Below, piece after piece: positions 1-11,590 of a DNA stretch of 64,000 nucleotides. The translations under genes were made by a program, and so were the position numbers. Position 1 is the first letter of the stretch. Each line of letters opens with the position of its first letter. The DNA comes from an uncultured Gammaproteobacteria bacterium (GTDB taxonomy: Bacteria > Pseudomonadota > Gammaproteobacteria > JACCXJ01), in NCBI GenBank assembly GCA_963764725.1, contig CAVXTM010000011.1, forward strand, positions 320,001 to 384,000, written 5' to 3'. The notes beneath the pieces are model-generated. The model was given only the letters and a program-made list of their open reading frames with translations, was not told where the DNA came from and ran no database searches.

Positions 1-83
1 GGGTACATAGGATACACAAACTAATACGTCGAGACCTGACCCGGTGCCCTTCGTGCACTGCCGACGGTATTTTAACTCTTTGC

Positions 84-1028
84 CTATGTCGGTCCGTGGG
101 ACCCTCCGTGATCAAAATACTGGCGCAAAGCGTCGGCCTCGATTAGAAACACCCCGTCTTCGCCGCGCGTCAGCTCGAGCCAAACAAAGGGGAGGCGCGG
201 ATAACGCTGCTCGAGGGCACCGGCGCTCTCGCCGACTTCGACGACGAGCACGCCGTTGTCCGTTAGGTGATGCGACGCATCTTCTAGGATACGGCCGACG
301 ACGGCGAGGCCGTCGGGACCGCCATCGAGGCCGAGGGCGGGCTCGTGGCGGTGCTCGGCGCTGAGCGCCGCCATATGCCGTGTCGGAACATACGGCGGGT
401 TGCTCACGATGAGATCGTAACGTTCTGAAGCAAGTGCGGCGAATAGATCCGATTGCAGCACCCGCACCCGGTCTTGAACCTGATGGCGCAGAATATTACT
501 CCGCGCTATCTCCAAGGCTTGCGGGCTCAGGTCAACGGCATCGACGCGCGCCTCTGGAAACGCGAGCGCACAGGCGATGGCGATGCAGCCACTCCCGGTG
601 CCTATATCGAGGATGCGATGGACCTCGCCCACCCAAGGCGAGAACCCGGATTCGATGAGCTCCGCGATCGGCGATCGCGGGACCAGCACCTGGTCGTTCA
701 CATAAAACGGCAAGCCCGCAAACCAGGCCTCGCGGAGCAGATACGCGGCCGGCTTGCGCGTTTGTATGCGTTGACGCAGAAGTCCGACAGCTCGCGCCTT
801 TTCTTCCTCGGTCAGCCGGCGGTCGAGCGTTTCCTCGGGGGTATCGAAGGGCAGCCCGAGCGCGTGGAAGACCACCAGCACCGCTTCCTCGCGTGCATTC
901 GTGGTCCCGTGGGCGAAGCATAAGCCGGCGCCGAGAAAGCGCGCTTCCGCCCAGTACACCAACTGGCGTGCGGTGCGTGCCTCGGCGAGATTCGGGCCGC
1001 GCTCGTGCACCGCATGCGCGTGATTCAC
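84..1028 (-). CDS. prmB: 50S ribosomal protein L3 N5-glutamine methyltransferase
   Basis: [29 protein letters not shown] and NPPY motifs. Confidence 0.93.
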   Translation of the reverse strand: MNHAHAVHERGPNLAEARTARQLVYWAEARFLGAGLCFAHGTTNAREEAVLVVFHALGLPFDTPEETLDRRLTEEEKARAVGLLRQRIQTRKPAAYLLREAWFAGLPFYVNDQVLVPRSPIAELIESGFSPWVGEVHRILDIGTGSGCIAIACALAFPEARVDAVDLSPQALEIARSNILRHQVQDRVRVLQSDLFAALASERYDLIVSNPPYVPTRHMAALSAEHRHEPALGLDGGPDGLAVVGRILEDASHHLTDNGVLVVEVGESAGALEQRYPRLPFVWLELTRGEDGVFLIEADALRQYFDHGGSHGPT

Positions 1029-2911
1029 GCAGCCTCGCCGCTTATCACCAAGAACATCTCGTTGAGCCGATGGACGAAACCGGCCGGATCATCGAGCCGT
1101 CCGCCCTCGCTCAGGAGGGCTTGATCGAAGAGGATGCGCGCCCAATCCTCGAATCGTGGCCCTTCTTGTTCGCGCCAAAGGCGGCGCACGATGGGGTGTT
1201 CGGGATTGATTTCTAAGATGGGCGGGGTCGCCGGCACGTCCTGGCCCGCGGCTTTGAGCAGGCGTTCCAGATGGGCGCCAAGCTCGTGCTCATCGGCGAC
1301 CAGACAAGCCGGTGAGGTCGTTAGCCGGTGAGTCACCCGCACCTCTTTGACCCGCTCGGCCAGGCTCTTGCGGATCCGCTCGACGAGATCCTTGTACTCA
1401 CCGGCCTCGGTTTCCGCCGCTGCCTTGTCTTCCTTATCCTCCAGCGTTCCGAGATCGAGTGCCCCCTTGCTGACGGATTTCAAAGGTTTTCCGTTGTACT
1501 CGGTTAACTGGGTAACGGCCCAGTCGTCCACCGGATCGGACAGCAGCAGAACCTCGATGCCTTTTTTACGGAACACTTCGAGATGCGGGCTGTTCTTGGC
1601 GGTGGCAAAACCGTCGGCGACGACATAATAGATCGCGCTCTGCCCCTCCTTCATGCGAGTCACGTAGTCATCGAGAGAAACCTCTTGCTCCTCGCCGTCG
1701 GTATGCGTGCTCGAGAAGCGGACGAGCTTCGCCAGCCGATCGCGGTTCGAGGTGTCCTCGATCAAGCCTTCCTTGAGGACCCGGCCGAAGGTTTTCCAGA
1801 AGGCCCCGTATTCGCCCTTGGTTACCAGCTCTTCCAGGAGCCCCAAGACCTTTTTTACGGCGCCCGCGCGCATCCCGTCGATGATCTTATTGTCCTGCAG
1901 GATCTCACGCGAGATGTTGAGCGGTAGATCGTTGGAATCGACGATGCCGCGCACGAAGCGCAGGTAGCGCGGCATCAACTGCGTGGCGTCATCCATGATG
2001 AACACCCGGCGCACGAAAAGCTTCACCCCGCGCCGGCGTTCAGGGTCCCAGAGATCGAAGGGCGCGTGTTTTGGGAGGAAGAGCAGCAGCGTGTATTCGA
2101 GCTTGCCCTCGACCTTGCTGTGGACGCGGGCGAGCGGAGCCTCGTGGTCATGCGCCACGTGTTTATAAAACTCGTTGTATTCTTCGTCGGTGATCTCGCT
2201 CTTCGGCCGCGACCAGAGCGCGGTCGCCGCGTTCACCCGTTCGTAACCGCTCGCGTCCTTGCCTTCCTTGGGCATGAGGATCGGTAAGGTGATATGGTCC
2301 GAATACTTGCCGATGATGCTGCGCAGGCGGTAGCCGTTCAGGAATTCCTCCTCGCCTGCGCGCAGCTTCAAGATCACCTCGGTACCGCGTTGCTTTCGCG
2401 GCACGGTATGGACGCTGTACTCGCCTTTACCGTCGGATTGCCAGCGCACGCCCTCTTCAGTGCCCAAGCCCGCGCGCCGGGTCGTGACGGTCACTTCCTC
2501 CGCGACAATGAATGAAGAATAAAACCCGACGCCGAATTGGCCGATGAGCTGTGAGTCTTTCTGCCGGTCGCCGGTCAGGGTCTTGAAAAATTCCTTGGTG
2601 CCCGATTTGGCGATGGTCCCGAGGTTTTCGACCACTTCTTGGCGTGACATCCCGATGCCGTTGTCACGCACCGTGATCGTCTTGAGGCTCTCGCTATACT
2701 CCACTTCGATCTTGATCTCGCTGTCGCTTTCGAATAACGCCGCGTTGCCGAGCGCCTCGAAGCGCAGCCTCTCGGCCGCGTCAGACGCATTGGAGATGAG
2801 CTCACGGAGAAATATCTCTTTGTTGCTGTAGAGCGAGTGGATCATCAGGTCCAGCAACTGGCGGACCTCGGCCTGGAAACCTCGGGTTTCCGTCTGGGTG
2901 TTATGACTCAT
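1025..2911 (-). CDS. htpG: Molecular chaperone HtpG (Hsp90)
   Basis: [36 protein letters not shown]; 628 aa. Confidence 0.98.
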   Translation of the reverse strand: MSHNTQTETRGFQAEVRQLLDLMIHSLYSNKEIFLRELISNASDAAERLRFEALGNAALFESDSEIKIEVEYSESLKTITVRDNGIGMSRQEVVENLGTIAKSGTKEFFKTLTGDRQKDSQLIGQFGVGFYSSFIVAEEVTVTTRRAGLGTEEGVRWQSDGKGEYSVHTVPRKQRGTEVILKLRAGEEEFLNGYRLRSIIGKYSDHITLPILMPKEGKDASGYERVNAATALWSRPKSEITDEEYNEFYKHVAHDHEAPLARVHSKVEGKLEYTLLLFLPKHAPFDLWDPERRRGVKLFVRRVFIMDDATQLMPRYLRFVRGIVDSNDLPLNISREILQDNKIIDGMRAGAVKKVLGLLEELVTKGEYGAFWKTFGRVLKEGLIEDTSNRDRLAKLVRFSSTHTDGEEQEVSLDDYVTRMKEGQSAIYYVVADGFATAKNSPHLEVFRKKGIEVLLLSDPVDDWAVTQLTEYNGKPLKSVSKGALDLGTLEDKEDKAAAETEAGEYKDLVERIRKSLAERVKEVRVTHRLTTSPACLVADEHELGAHLERLLKAAGQDVPATPPILEINPEHPIVRRLWREQEGPRFEDWARILFDQALLSEGGRLDDPAGFVHRLNEMFLVISGEAA

Positions 2912-3033
2912 GGGTTTGAAATCTCCGCATAAAACGATACGCCGTCATCGCTAGCAAGCATACACGGGTTTCTAAGTGTATCGACTAGGCTCGTTGCGTT
3001 GCAACGGACGGCGTATCCGCTACACTGATCCGC

Positions 3034-5598
3034 ATGGCGGCGAGCACGGATCGCGGCGGCGAACATACGCCCATGATGAGGCAATTCCTCGGCATCAAGC
3101 GGGACTTCCCGGAGATGCTTTTGTTCTACCGCATGGGCGATTTCTACGAGCTATTCTATGACGATGCCGAGAAAGCCGCGGGCTTACTGGACATTGTCCT
3201 GACCACGCGCGGGAACTCGGCCGGAGCGCCTATCCCGATGGCGGGCGTGCCGGTGCATGCGGTCGATTCGTACTTAGCCAAGCTCGTGCGTATGGGGCAG
3301 ACGGCCGCGATTTGCGAACAAGTGGGCGAGCAGTCGGGCAAAGCGCCGATGGAACGAAGGGTCACGCGTATCGTAACCCCGGGAACCCTGACCGAGGAGG
3401 CCTTGCTCGAAGAACGCCGCGACAACCTGCTGGCGGCGGTGCACGTGCAAGGGGAGTGCATCGGCCTGGCCACATTGGATCTCGCCAGCGGCAGGTTCAG
3501 CATCCTCGAAATCACGGGACGCGAGGCGCTCGGCGGCGAGATCGAGCGGCTGCAGCCCGCCGAGTTGCTCTTAAGCGAAGCGTCCGATCTCGTACCGTGG
3601 TTTGCAGCGGACCCACGCCTGCGTCGGCGGCCGCCTTGGCATTTCGATACCGAGCACGCCAAACGCGCATTAGCCGAGCAGTTTGAGGTCCAAGACTTGG
3701 TGGGGTTCGGGTGCGAAGACCTGGACACCGCCGTGGCGGCGGCCGGGGGCCTGTTGCAATATGCGCGGGATACCCAACGCACCACCTTGCCGCATTTATG
3801 CAAGCTCTGCGTGGAACGGCGCGAAGAGAGCTTGATCCTCGATGCAGCGACGCGCCGCAATCTGGAAATAAACGCCAGTATTTTCGGAGCCAAGGAGCAC
3901 AGCCTCATCGGGATCATGGATAGCTCGGTGACACCCATGGGCAGCCGCATGTTGCGGCGTTGGTTGAATCGCCCGATCCGCGACCGAGCCACGCTGCGCT
4001 ACCGTTATCACGCGGTCGGTGCCCTGCTGATGAATGCCCGTTGGCACGGATTGCGGCAGCCGCTGCGGGCGATTGGCGATATTGAACGGATTCTGGCCCG
4101 CATCGCACTTCGGTCGGCGCGTCCTCGGGACCTCGTTCAGCTCCGGAACGCGCTCGAGGCCTTACCCGAATTGAGCTGTCGGCTCAATGAGATCGACAGT
4201 CCCAGGCTGCAATCGCTAGCCCAAACGATCGCGGGATTTCCCGAGCTGCGCACCTTACTCCAGGCGGCCATCGCGGAGAATCCCGCTCCCCATGTAAACG
4301 ATGGCGGTGTCATCGCGACGGGTTACGATCGCGAGCTCGACGATTTGCGAAGTTTGCGCGATGACGTCGGGCAGGTTCTGGTTGCGATCGAAGCCCGCGA
4401 GCGCGAACGCACCGGTATCGGGAACCTCCGGGTCGGCTACAACCGCGTGCACGGCTATTACCTCGAGATCGGCCGGGCTCATCAGCAAAAAATCCCGGCA
4501 GATTACGTGCGCAGGCAGACGCTGAAAGCGGCGGAAAGGTATATCACACCGGAACTGGCCGCGCTCGAATCCGAGGCGCTCCGGGCGGGACAGCGAGCGC
4601 TCGACAAGGAGAAAGAGATCTACCAGGAGGTCCTTACGCGCTTGATTCAACAACTGCCGTTGTTGCAGGCGGCGGGCACCGCCGCGGCTGAAGCCGATGT
4701 ATTCGCGTCGTTTGCAGAACGAGCCGAGACGCTCGCTCTGAACGCCCCGGAGCTCTGCGACGACAGCGGGCTGTCCATCGACGGGGGCCGGCACCTGGTC
4801 ATCGAACGGGTCCACGAGACGCCTTTTGTGCCCAATGATCTTCACCTCGCCGATGAGCGGCGCATGTTGATGATCACCGGCCCGAACATGGGCGGGAAAT
4901 CGACCTATATGCGGCAGACGGCGTTGATCGTGATCCTCGCCTACAGCGGGAGTTACGTACCGGCCGCGAAGGCGAAGATGGGTCCGTTGGATCGCGTCTT
5001 TACGCGCATCGGCGCGGCGGATGATCTGGCGAGCGGACGTTCCACGTTCATGGTCGAAATGACCGAAACCGCTAATATTCTCAACAACGCGACCTCGCAG
5101 AGCTTGGTCTTGATCGATGAGATCGGACGGGGCACCAGCACCTTCGACGGATTGTCGCTCGCGTGGGCGACCGCCGAACACCTAGCGCGGGAAATACGCG
5201 CTTATACGCTGTTCGCGACGCACTATTTCGAGTTAACGGAGTTGGCCGTCGAAATGGAAGGGGTGGCGAATGTGCATTTTGATGCCGTGGAACACGGTGA
5301 TCGGCTTGTCTTTCTGCACTCGGTGCAAGAAGGCCCGGCAAACCAAAGCTACGGACTGCAGGTGGCGCGAATGGCCGGCGTCCCCGGCGCCGTGGTAAGG
5401 CGTGCCCGGGATAAGCTGCAGCGGTTGGAACGGCGGCGACGCTTGGAGACGCCTCAACCGGCCGCGCCACAGATGGAGTTATTCGATGAGATCGCGGAAC
5501 CGCCAGCCCTCACGGTACTGCGCACCTTGGAACCCGATGGCTTAAGCCCACAGCGGGCCTTGGAGGAGATTTACCGCTTGCGCGCGCTGGTGGAATAG
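3034..5598 (+). CDS. mutS: DNA mismatch repair protein MutS
   Basis: [33 protein letters not shown]; 854 aa. Confidence 0.98.
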   Translation: MAASTDRGGEHTPMMRQFLGIKRDFPEMLLFYRMGDFYELFYDDAEKAAGLLDIVLTTRGNSAGAPIPMAGVPVHAVDSYLAKLVRMGQTAAICEQVGEQSGKAPMERRVTRIVTPGTLTEEALLEERRDNLLAAVHVQGECIGLATLDLASGRFSILEITGREALGGEIERLQPAELLLSEASDLVPWFAADPRLRRRPPWHFDTEHAKRALAEQFEVQDLVGFGCEDLDTAVAAAGGLLQYARDTQRTTLPHLCKLCVERREESLILDAATRRNLEINASIFGAKEHSLIGIMDSSVTPMGSRMLRRWLNRPIRDRATLRYRYHAVGALLMNARWHGLRQPLRAIGDIERILARIALRSARPRDLVQLRNALEALPELSCRLNEIDSPRLQSLAQTIAGFPELRTLLQAAIAENPAPHVNDGGVIATGYDRELDDLRSLRDDVGQVLVAIEARERERTGIGNLRVGYNRVHGYYLEIGRAHQQKIPADYVRRQTLKAAERYITPELAALESEALRAGQRALDKEKEIYQEVLTRLIQQLPLLQAAGTAAAEADVFASFAERAETLALNAPELCDDSGLSIDGGRHLVIERVHETPFVPNDLHLADERRMLMITGPNMGGKSTYMRQTALIVILAYSGSYVPAAKAKMGPLDRVFTRIGAADDLASGRSTFMVEMTETANILNNATSQSLVLIDEIGRGTSTFDGLSLAWATAEHLAREIRAYTLFATHYFELTELAVEMEGVANVHFDAVEHGDRLVFLHSVQEGPANQSYGLQVARMAGVPGAVVRRARDKLQRLERRRRLETPQPAAPQMELFDEIAEPPALTVLRTLEPDGLSPQRALEEIYRLRALVE

Positions 5599-5678
5599 CC
5601 TTGCGCATGAGCAATGCTTATCGCGCCGGCCCGATTCCCGATTATAATAACAAGAGACTTTTGGAGAAAGAGAAAGCA

Positions 5679-6002
5679 ATGACGTTCGTCGTTACCGAAC
5701 CCTGTATAAAGTGCAAGTACACGGACTGCGTGGAGGTGTGCCCTGTCGATTGCTTCCATGAAGGCCCCAACATGCTGGTCATCGACCCCGACGAGTGTAT
5801 CGATTGCACGCTGTGTGAGCCGGAGTGCCCGGTGGATGCAATCCTCTCCGAAGATGATTTGCCTGAATCACAAAGGCATTACCTCGACCTCAACACGGAG
5901 TTGGCGAAGGCGTGGCCGGTCATCAACCAGCGTAAACCGGCGCCTCCGGACGCCGACGAGTGGCGCGAGGTCAAGGGAAAGTTGGACATGCTGCAGCGCT
6001 AG
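5679..6002 (+). CDS. fdxA: Ferredoxin, FdxA type (107 aa)
   Basis: [26 protein letters not shown]...[12 protein letters not shown]; ATG at 5679 after a purine-rich RBS. Confidence 0.92.
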   Translation: MTFVVTEPCIKCKYTDCVEVCPVDCFHEGPNMLVIDPDECIDCTLCEPECPVDAILSEDDLPESQRHYLDLNTELAKAWPVINQRKPAPPDADEWREVKGKLDMLQR

Positions 6003-6207
6003 CGCCAGGGAGGCGCCGTCGATCCGCGGTCGCACTACCCGTTTTTCACGCAGCAACGCCTGCCCGGTTCAGGACGCGGTGATCACCCGTTCCGCCGGTT
6101 TTCCTTCATTTATTTTTTGTCCGCGCCGATAACACGGGCCGTTGGTAACTTCCCCGCCCTGGAGAGCCGGGGACACGCATTTCTACCCATCAAAACCCTT
6201 GATTCCG

Positions 6208-6684
6208 ATGCAAGAAATCCGGTGGCTCGACGCGAATTGCAGATGGCTGGTTGCCGTTATCTGTGGCGCATTTTGTCTTAAAGCGCAAGGTTTGTACGGA
6301 GCAGAGATCTATAAATGGGTCGATGACCATGGGACCGCACACTACGGGGAGCGGCCGCCAAATAAAGGCGCCGTGAAGCTTACCGTAGCCGCGAAGCCGT
6401 CCGTCGGCATACGCGATCAAGAAAGGTTCAAGCGCCAAGAACGGCTATTAAAGGTCTTCGAGGAAGAGCGTCAGGAGAAGGTGGCCGCGGCGCAAGAGAA
6501 ACATTTGGAGAAAGAGAAACGCAATCAAAATTGCAAGCTCGCCCGTAAGCAGCTATTCAACTACGAACACGCATCGATGCTTTATAAGAAGGATAGACTA
6601 GGAAATCGCGTGGTGTTTGAGCACAACGAGCGCGTCGAGGCCGAACGAGGCGCGCGCGAAGCAGTGGAACACTGGTGTGATTGA
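6208..6684 (+). CDS. DUF4124-like exported protein
   Basis: Signal-like N-terminus, then IYKWVDDHGTAHYGERPP; charged coiled coil ending in Cys; start uncertain (ORF opens at 6142). Confidence 0.75.
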   Translation: MQEIRWLDANCRWLVAVICGAFCLKAQGLYGAEIYKWVDDHGTAHYGERPPNKGAVKLTVAAKPSVGIRDQERFKRQERLLKVFEEERQEKVAAAQEKHLEKEKRNQNCKLARKQLFNYEHASMLYKKDRLGNRVVFEHNERVEAERGAREAVEHWCD

Positions 6685-6740
6685 TTTCCGCGCGCACCCG
6701 CCGATCAGGTCGCGACGATTCTTATCCAACTGTGCACACA

Positions 6741-7602
6741 ATGGCGCAATCACTCTCGCATAAACCGCTGCTTGGCCGTTACCAGTTACAGCGTGAGCTC
6801 GGCCGCGGAACGATGGGCGTGGTTTACCTGGGTCTTGATCGGGCAGCCAATCGCTACGTCGCGGTTAAGACCATCTGCTTAGCGGAAATCTTGGAAGAAG
6901 CGCAACTCGACGAGATAAAATCGCGCCTATTCCGGGAAGCCGAGACCATCGGGCGTCTACATCACCCGAATATCGTGGCGGTGTATGAAGCAGGGGATGA
7001 GCACGATTTGGCGTATATCGGGATGGAGTACCTTGAGGGAACCACGCTCGCACCCTACATCAAAAAGAATGATTTGCTGCCGGTAAGGAAAACGCTATTT
7101 TTAGTCGCCACCCTGGCGCGCGCCCTCGATTATGCGCATCGCCAGCAGGTCGCTCACCGGGATATTAAGCCCGGCAACGTGATGTATGCGGCGTCGAAGA
7201 ATACGGTCAAGATCACCGATTTCGGCATCGCGAGCGTCATCGACGCGCATGTTGGAACAACGGGATTGGCTGGCGGCACACCTTTTTACATGTCCCCCGA
7301 ACAGGTCCTCCAGGATCCGGTCGATGGCCGCTCCGACCTTTTCTCCTTAGGGGTGATGCTCTACCAACTTACCACCGGGTCCCTGCCGTTTACTGCGGGA
7401 ACGATGGATGCCTTGATGCACAAGATCGTGCGCGATGCGCCGATCAGTCTCTTCGACGTTCGTCCGGATTTGGCCCGCACCGCACCGTATCTAGGGCGAA
7501 TCGTCGAACAAAGCGCTAAAAAAAACGACCTCCGAAAGATACCAACGCGGTGCAGAGATGGCACGTGACCTGCTTTCAGGGTTAAACCAGATCCGTTTAT
7601 AA
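6741..7602 (+). CDS. Hanks-type Ser/Thr protein kinase with an apparent +1 frameshift near 7506
   Basis: LGRGTMGVVY, VAVK, HRDIKPGN, DFG, GTPFYMSPE; subdomain XI (KALKKTTSERYQRGAEMARDL) continues in the +1 frame to TAA at 7600-7602. Confidence 0.88.
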
Positions 7603-7612
7603 GCGAGGCGTC

Positions 7613-8431
7613 ATGTTTCAAGCGGGGGCTCTTGAAATCATAAATCTGTCAGACCGGGGCCGCAGACGCCCGAATAACGAGGATAGTACCGCGAGCGACG
7701 CGCATCTGGGTTTAGCGGTGGTGGCGGATGGCATGGGGGGATATCGATCCGGGGAGGTGGCGAGCGCCATCGCGGTCTCTTCGGTGATGAGCCATGTGCG
7801 CAAAGCGTTAGACTCGGCGCGGCTTTCGGGGCGACACCACGCCGCGTCGAAACACTCTTCCATCGTTAACCACGCGATCACGCACGCCAATTCGATGATC
7901 TATCGAACCGGACAAACCGAAGCACAATGCCAGGGCATGGGAACCACGGTGGTCGCCTGTTTATTTCAGGGAAACAACGTTACCGTTGGGCATGTCGGTG
8001 ATTCCAGGCTTTACCGTCTTCGGGGCGGTTCGTTCGATCAGATTACCACCGACCATTCGGTCGTCCAAGAACTGATCGATCAGGCGGGAATGACGCCGAA
8101 GCAGGCCGCGGCGGCGGCTCCGAAAAACCTGGTCACCCGAGCGCTCGGGATCGACGAGGCTGTCCAGGTCGATATCTACGAGGAAAGTTTAAATCCCGGG
8201 GACATCTACGTTTTGTGTACCGACGGCCTGCACGATATGGTCAATAATGAAGAAATTCACTTAACCCTGCGCGAATATAATGCTAATCTTGTAGCGGCGG
8301 GGGACCGATTAATCGCTCTAGCCAATGAGCGGGGGGGTCATGATAATATTTCTCTCGTCATCGCTCGGCTGCGTGCGTATCGGAGAGCGATTTTTGTTTG
8401 GCCCCGTAAATTACAACGATGGGTTAGTTAA
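7613..8431 (+). CDS. PP2C-family Ser/Thr phosphatase (Stp1-like)
   Basis: NED, VADGMGG, MGTT, HVGDSRLY, CTDGL, GGHDNIS. Confidence 0.93.
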   Translation: MFQAGALEIINLSDRGRRRPNNEDSTASDAHLGLAVVADGMGGYRSGEVASAIAVSSVMSHVRKALDSARLSGRHHAASKHSSIVNHAITHANSMIYRTGQTEAQCQGMGTTVVACLFQGNNVTVGHVGDSRLYRLRGGSFDQITTDHSVVQELIDQAGMTPKQAAAAAPKNLVTRALGIDEAVQVDIYEESLNPGDIYVLCTDGLHDMVNNEEIHLTLREYNANLVAAGDRLIALANERGGHDNISLVIARLRAYRRAIFVWPRKLQRWVS

Positions 8432-8448
8432 TCGTATAGAGCGTCCTT

Positions 8449-9165
8449 ATGTCAAAACTCGTCCTCAGTCTTAACGGCGTGGTACAAGGAGACTACCCGC
8501 TTACCAAAGAACGCATGACGATTGGCCGCAAAGCGGACAACGATATTGCGGTCGACAATCTTGCGGTTAGCGGTAAACACGCCTTGGTCATCACAATCTT
8601 GGACGACTCCTTTCTTGAAGATCTGGGGAGCACGAATGGGACGTTCGTCAACGGCAAGGTCATAAAGAAACACGCCCTACGGAACGGCGATGTCATCACC
8701 ATCGGGAAACACGAGATCCGGTATGTCAACGAGCACGCCACCGCCGATGACGACGAGTTCGAAAAAACCATAATCATGCGCCCCGGAACGGCCTCAGCGG
8801 CCGCGGCGCTCGCGAAGGCCATTGGCCAGACGTCAATTGGGCCAAGCTTTGGTGCGGCGGCTTCGCCGAGCTTGCAGCCCGCGAGCTCGCCACTGGGGCG
8901 GCTAAGCATTTTAAACGGGCCCGTTGCCGGCAAGCAGCTCGAGCTGATCAAGGCCTCGATTACCTTGGGTAAGCCCGGCGTGCAGGTTGCCGTGATATCA
9001 CGGCGGCCACAAGGCTATTTCATTACGCATATCGAGGGCGGGACCGCCGAACAACCGATCTATCCGATAATCAACGGGCAACCGACCGGGGCGCGGAGTC
9101 ATCAGCTCAACGATCGTGATGTCATTGAATTGGCGGGCATAAAAATGGAGTTTCTCGCGGCTTAA
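8449..9165 (+). CDS. FHA-domain protein with a second, FHA-like C-terminal domain
   Basis: IGRK...VSGKHA...DLGSTNGTFVNG. Confidence 0.88.
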   Translation: MSKLVLSLNGVVQGDYPLTKERMTIGRKADNDIAVDNLAVSGKHALVITILDDSFLEDLGSTNGTFVNGKVIKKHALRNGDVITIGKHEIRYVNEHATADDDEFEKTIIMRPGTASAAAALAKAIGQTSIGPSFGAAASPSLQPASSPLGRLSILNGPVAGKQLELIKASITLGKPGVQVAVISRRPQGYFITHIEGGTAEQPIYPIINGQPTGARSHQLNDRDVIELAGIKMEFLAA

Positions 9166-9211
9166 GCCACCTCGTCGAGCCGTCGGATGCTCGCTATGGC
9201 AAGTGGGCGAG

Positions 9212-9676
9212 TTACCGCTGCCGGTTTCTTAAGCACTCCAGATAGCGCCGCTCATCCGGAAGAGCGTCAGTGCGCTGCGCTTGCCATAAGGCCTCGGCCA
9301 GGCAATCCATCATTTCGTGTTGGGCCTCGTGATAGGTGGGCCAACGCCCTTGCAGATCCGCATAGATACGTGCAATACCGGCAGGCCGATCCACCAGCAA
9401 CTGCTCCTCAATCGCCACATGCATGGCCATATGCAGGAAAGGGTTGGTCTCGCCCCCCTCGGGGGTATAGTGCCTTGATAGAGCCTGCTCTCGATCCCGT
9501 AGTAATGCGTGGTATTCGGGGTGAGCGAGGATCACCTTTAAAATCAGGTTCTCGATAGGCTGTAGGGCATCGCTCGCCGAGTGCTTAGTCCATACATCTA
9601 TAAAATACTTCCTTGCCGACGGTTGATCTTGCACCAGCACAGCTAAACGCGACCTATCTCCGCCTTCTCTTTCCAC
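9212..9676 (-). CDS. DUF1841-family protein
   Basis: HPEYH, GETNPFLHMAMH, HEAQH; true start probably slightly downstream of 9676. Confidence 0.8.
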   Translation of the reverse strand: MEREGGDRSRLAVLVQDQPSARKYFIDVWTKHSASDALQPIENLILKVILAHPEYHALLRDREQALSRHYTPEGGETNPFLHMAMHVAIEEQLLVDRPAGIARIYADLQGRWPTYHEAQHEMMDCLAEALWQAQRTDALPDERRYLECLRNRQR

Positions 9677-10287
9677 TCGCAGAGATCACGGATGATACAT
9701 TCGCCGCAGTGCGGTTTTCGCGCCTGACAGACGTAGCGCCCATGCAAGATTAACCAATGATGGGCGTCTTTCCTAAATCGCTTCGGTACCGCGGCCATGA
9801 GCGCCCGTTCTACGACGGCGGGAGTCTTACCCGGGGCGAGTCCGGTGCGGTTCGCGACCCTAAAAATATGCGTATCCACCGCGATCGTGGGTTCTCCGAA
9901 GGCAGTATTCAAAATTACATTGGCCGTCTTGCGCCCGACGCCGGGCAATTGTTCTAATGCCCCTCGGTCATGAGGCACCTGTCCGCCGTGCTCATCGCAA
10001 AGGATCCTGCAGGTATTGATGATATTCTTGGACTTACCATTATAAAGCCCAATGGTTTTGATGTACGATTTCAGACCTTCCTCCCCGAGACCTAGGATGG
10101 CCGCGGGTTTATTCGCGATCGGGAACAGTCGCCGCGTCACTTTGTTGACGCTAACGTCGGTTGCCTGAGCCGAAAGGATCACCGCCACCAGCAGCTCGAA
10201 TGGCGTTCGATACTCAAGCTCGGTGGCCGGATGAGGTCTCTGTGCTTGGAGGCGATCGAAGACCTGGGCACGCTGGTAGCGGTTCAA
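9643..10287 (-). CDS. nth: Endonuclease III
   Basis: LLVAVILSAQATD, LPGVGRKTANV, C-terminal 4Fe-4S Cys motif. Confidence 0.96.
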   Translation of the reverse strand: MNRYQRAQVFDRLQAQRPHPATELEYRTPFELLVAVILSAQATDVSVNKVTRRLFPIANKPAAILGLGEEGLKSYIKTIGLYNGKSKNIINTCRILCDEHGGQVPHDRGALEQLPGVGRKTANVILNTAFGEPTIAVDTHIFRVANRTGLAPGKTPAVVERALMAAVPKRFRKDAHHWLILHGRYVCQARKPHCGECIIRDLCEWKEKAEIGRV

Positions 10288-10315
10288 TTAGAGACCAGTC
10301 CCTAATGCTACGAAT

Positions 10316-11512
10316 ATGACAGTCGCAGATCACATCATGCCTGCAAAACCCTTGGTGTTAAAGAAGGGCGAAGATCGGCGCCTACGCGCCGGTCATCTCT
10401 GGGTCTACAGCAATGAGGTGGATACGCATACGACGCCTTTGCACGCCCTTAGCCCCGGCGACAGCGTCACGGTGCTCACCAGCAGCGGTAAAGCCATGGG
10501 AGCGGGGTACGTGAATCCGCATTCGCTGATCTGCGCGCGCCTGTTGGACCGCGACCGTCCTTGGTCGGCGGCGCTGTGCAGAGAGCGCCTGAAGCGCGCG
10601 CTGGCCTTGCGCGAGCGCCTGTTCGACGAACCCTATTATCGCCTCGTGTACGCGGACACGGACGGTCTCCCTGGGCTCGTGGTCGATCGCTACGGTGCTC
10701 TCTTGGTGGCGCAATTCAATACGGCCGGGATGGAGAGGCGCCTGAGTGATGTCATCGATGCGTTGCGGGAGGTCCTCGATCCGAAGGCGATCCTGTTGCG
10801 CAATGATTCCCCGACCCGCCTCCTCGAAGGTCTCGACTTGTACGTTGAATTGGCGTTCGGTCAGGTGCCCGAGGAGATATGCCTCACGGAGCACGGCGTC
10901 CGGTTCTATGTCCCCGTGCTTAGCGCACAGAAAACCGGTTGGTATTACGATCAGCGCGCTAACCGCGCGCGGATGCTGTGCTATGTCAAAGGTGTGCGCG
11001 TCCTCGACGTATTTAGCTACGTAGGGGCATGGGGCGTCCAAGCGGCGTCCGCCGGCGCCCTTTCCGTGCAATCCATCGAGTCTTCAGCCGATGCGCTGCG
11101 CTATATCGAACGCAATGCGCGGGAAAATAACGTGCGGGTTGCGGCCATGCACGGCGAAGCCTTCGCGACGCTCAAGGCCTTGCAGTCCGCCGCGGAAATC
11201 TATGATGTGGTGATTTTGGATCCGCCTGCCTTTATTAAAAAGAAAAAAGATTTTGCCGAAGGGCTTTTGGCTTATCGGCGCCTCAACCAGTCGGCGCTCG
11301 GGCTCGTTCGGCACGGCGGGATCTTGATAACCGCCTCCTGCTCCTATCACCTCACGCACGAGGGCTTCGTGGATGTGTTGCGGCAAGCGTCACTGCGTGC
11401 CGGGCGGGAGATACAACTGTTGGAGCAAGGGCACCAATCGCCGGATCATCCCATTCACCCCGCGATCCCCGAGACCAATTATCTCAAGGCGGCGATTTGC
11501 AGGGTGCTCTGA
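10316..11512 (+). CDS. rlmI: RlmI-like class I SAM-dependent rRNA methyltransferase
   Basis: PUA-like GHLWVYSNE, DGLPGLVVDRY, QKTGWYYDQR, LDPPAF. Confidence 0.82.
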   Translation: MTVADHIMPAKPLVLKKGEDRRLRAGHLWVYSNEVDTHTTPLHALSPGDSVTVLTSSGKAMGAGYVNPHSLICARLLDRDRPWSAALCRERLKRALALRERLFDEPYYRLVYADTDGLPGLVVDRYGALLVAQFNTAGMERRLSDVIDALREVLDPKAILLRNDSPTRLLEGLDLYVELAFGQVPEEICLTEHGVRFYVPVLSAQKTGWYYDQRANRARMLCYVKGVRVLDVFSYVGAWGVQAASAGALSVQSIESSADALRYIERNARENNVRVAAMHGEAFATLKALQSAAEIYDVVILDPPAFIKKKKDFAEGLLAYRRLNQSALGLVRHGGILITASCSYHLTHEGFVDVLRQASLRAGREIQLLEQGHQSPDHPIHPAIPETNYLKAAICRVL

Positions 11513-11590
11513 CACTGCCTGTTCGAGCCGAAGCGGCACACACGACTTGGTTAACCTCTTAATTAACGCGCGATTGGTGGTGGCGTCATC

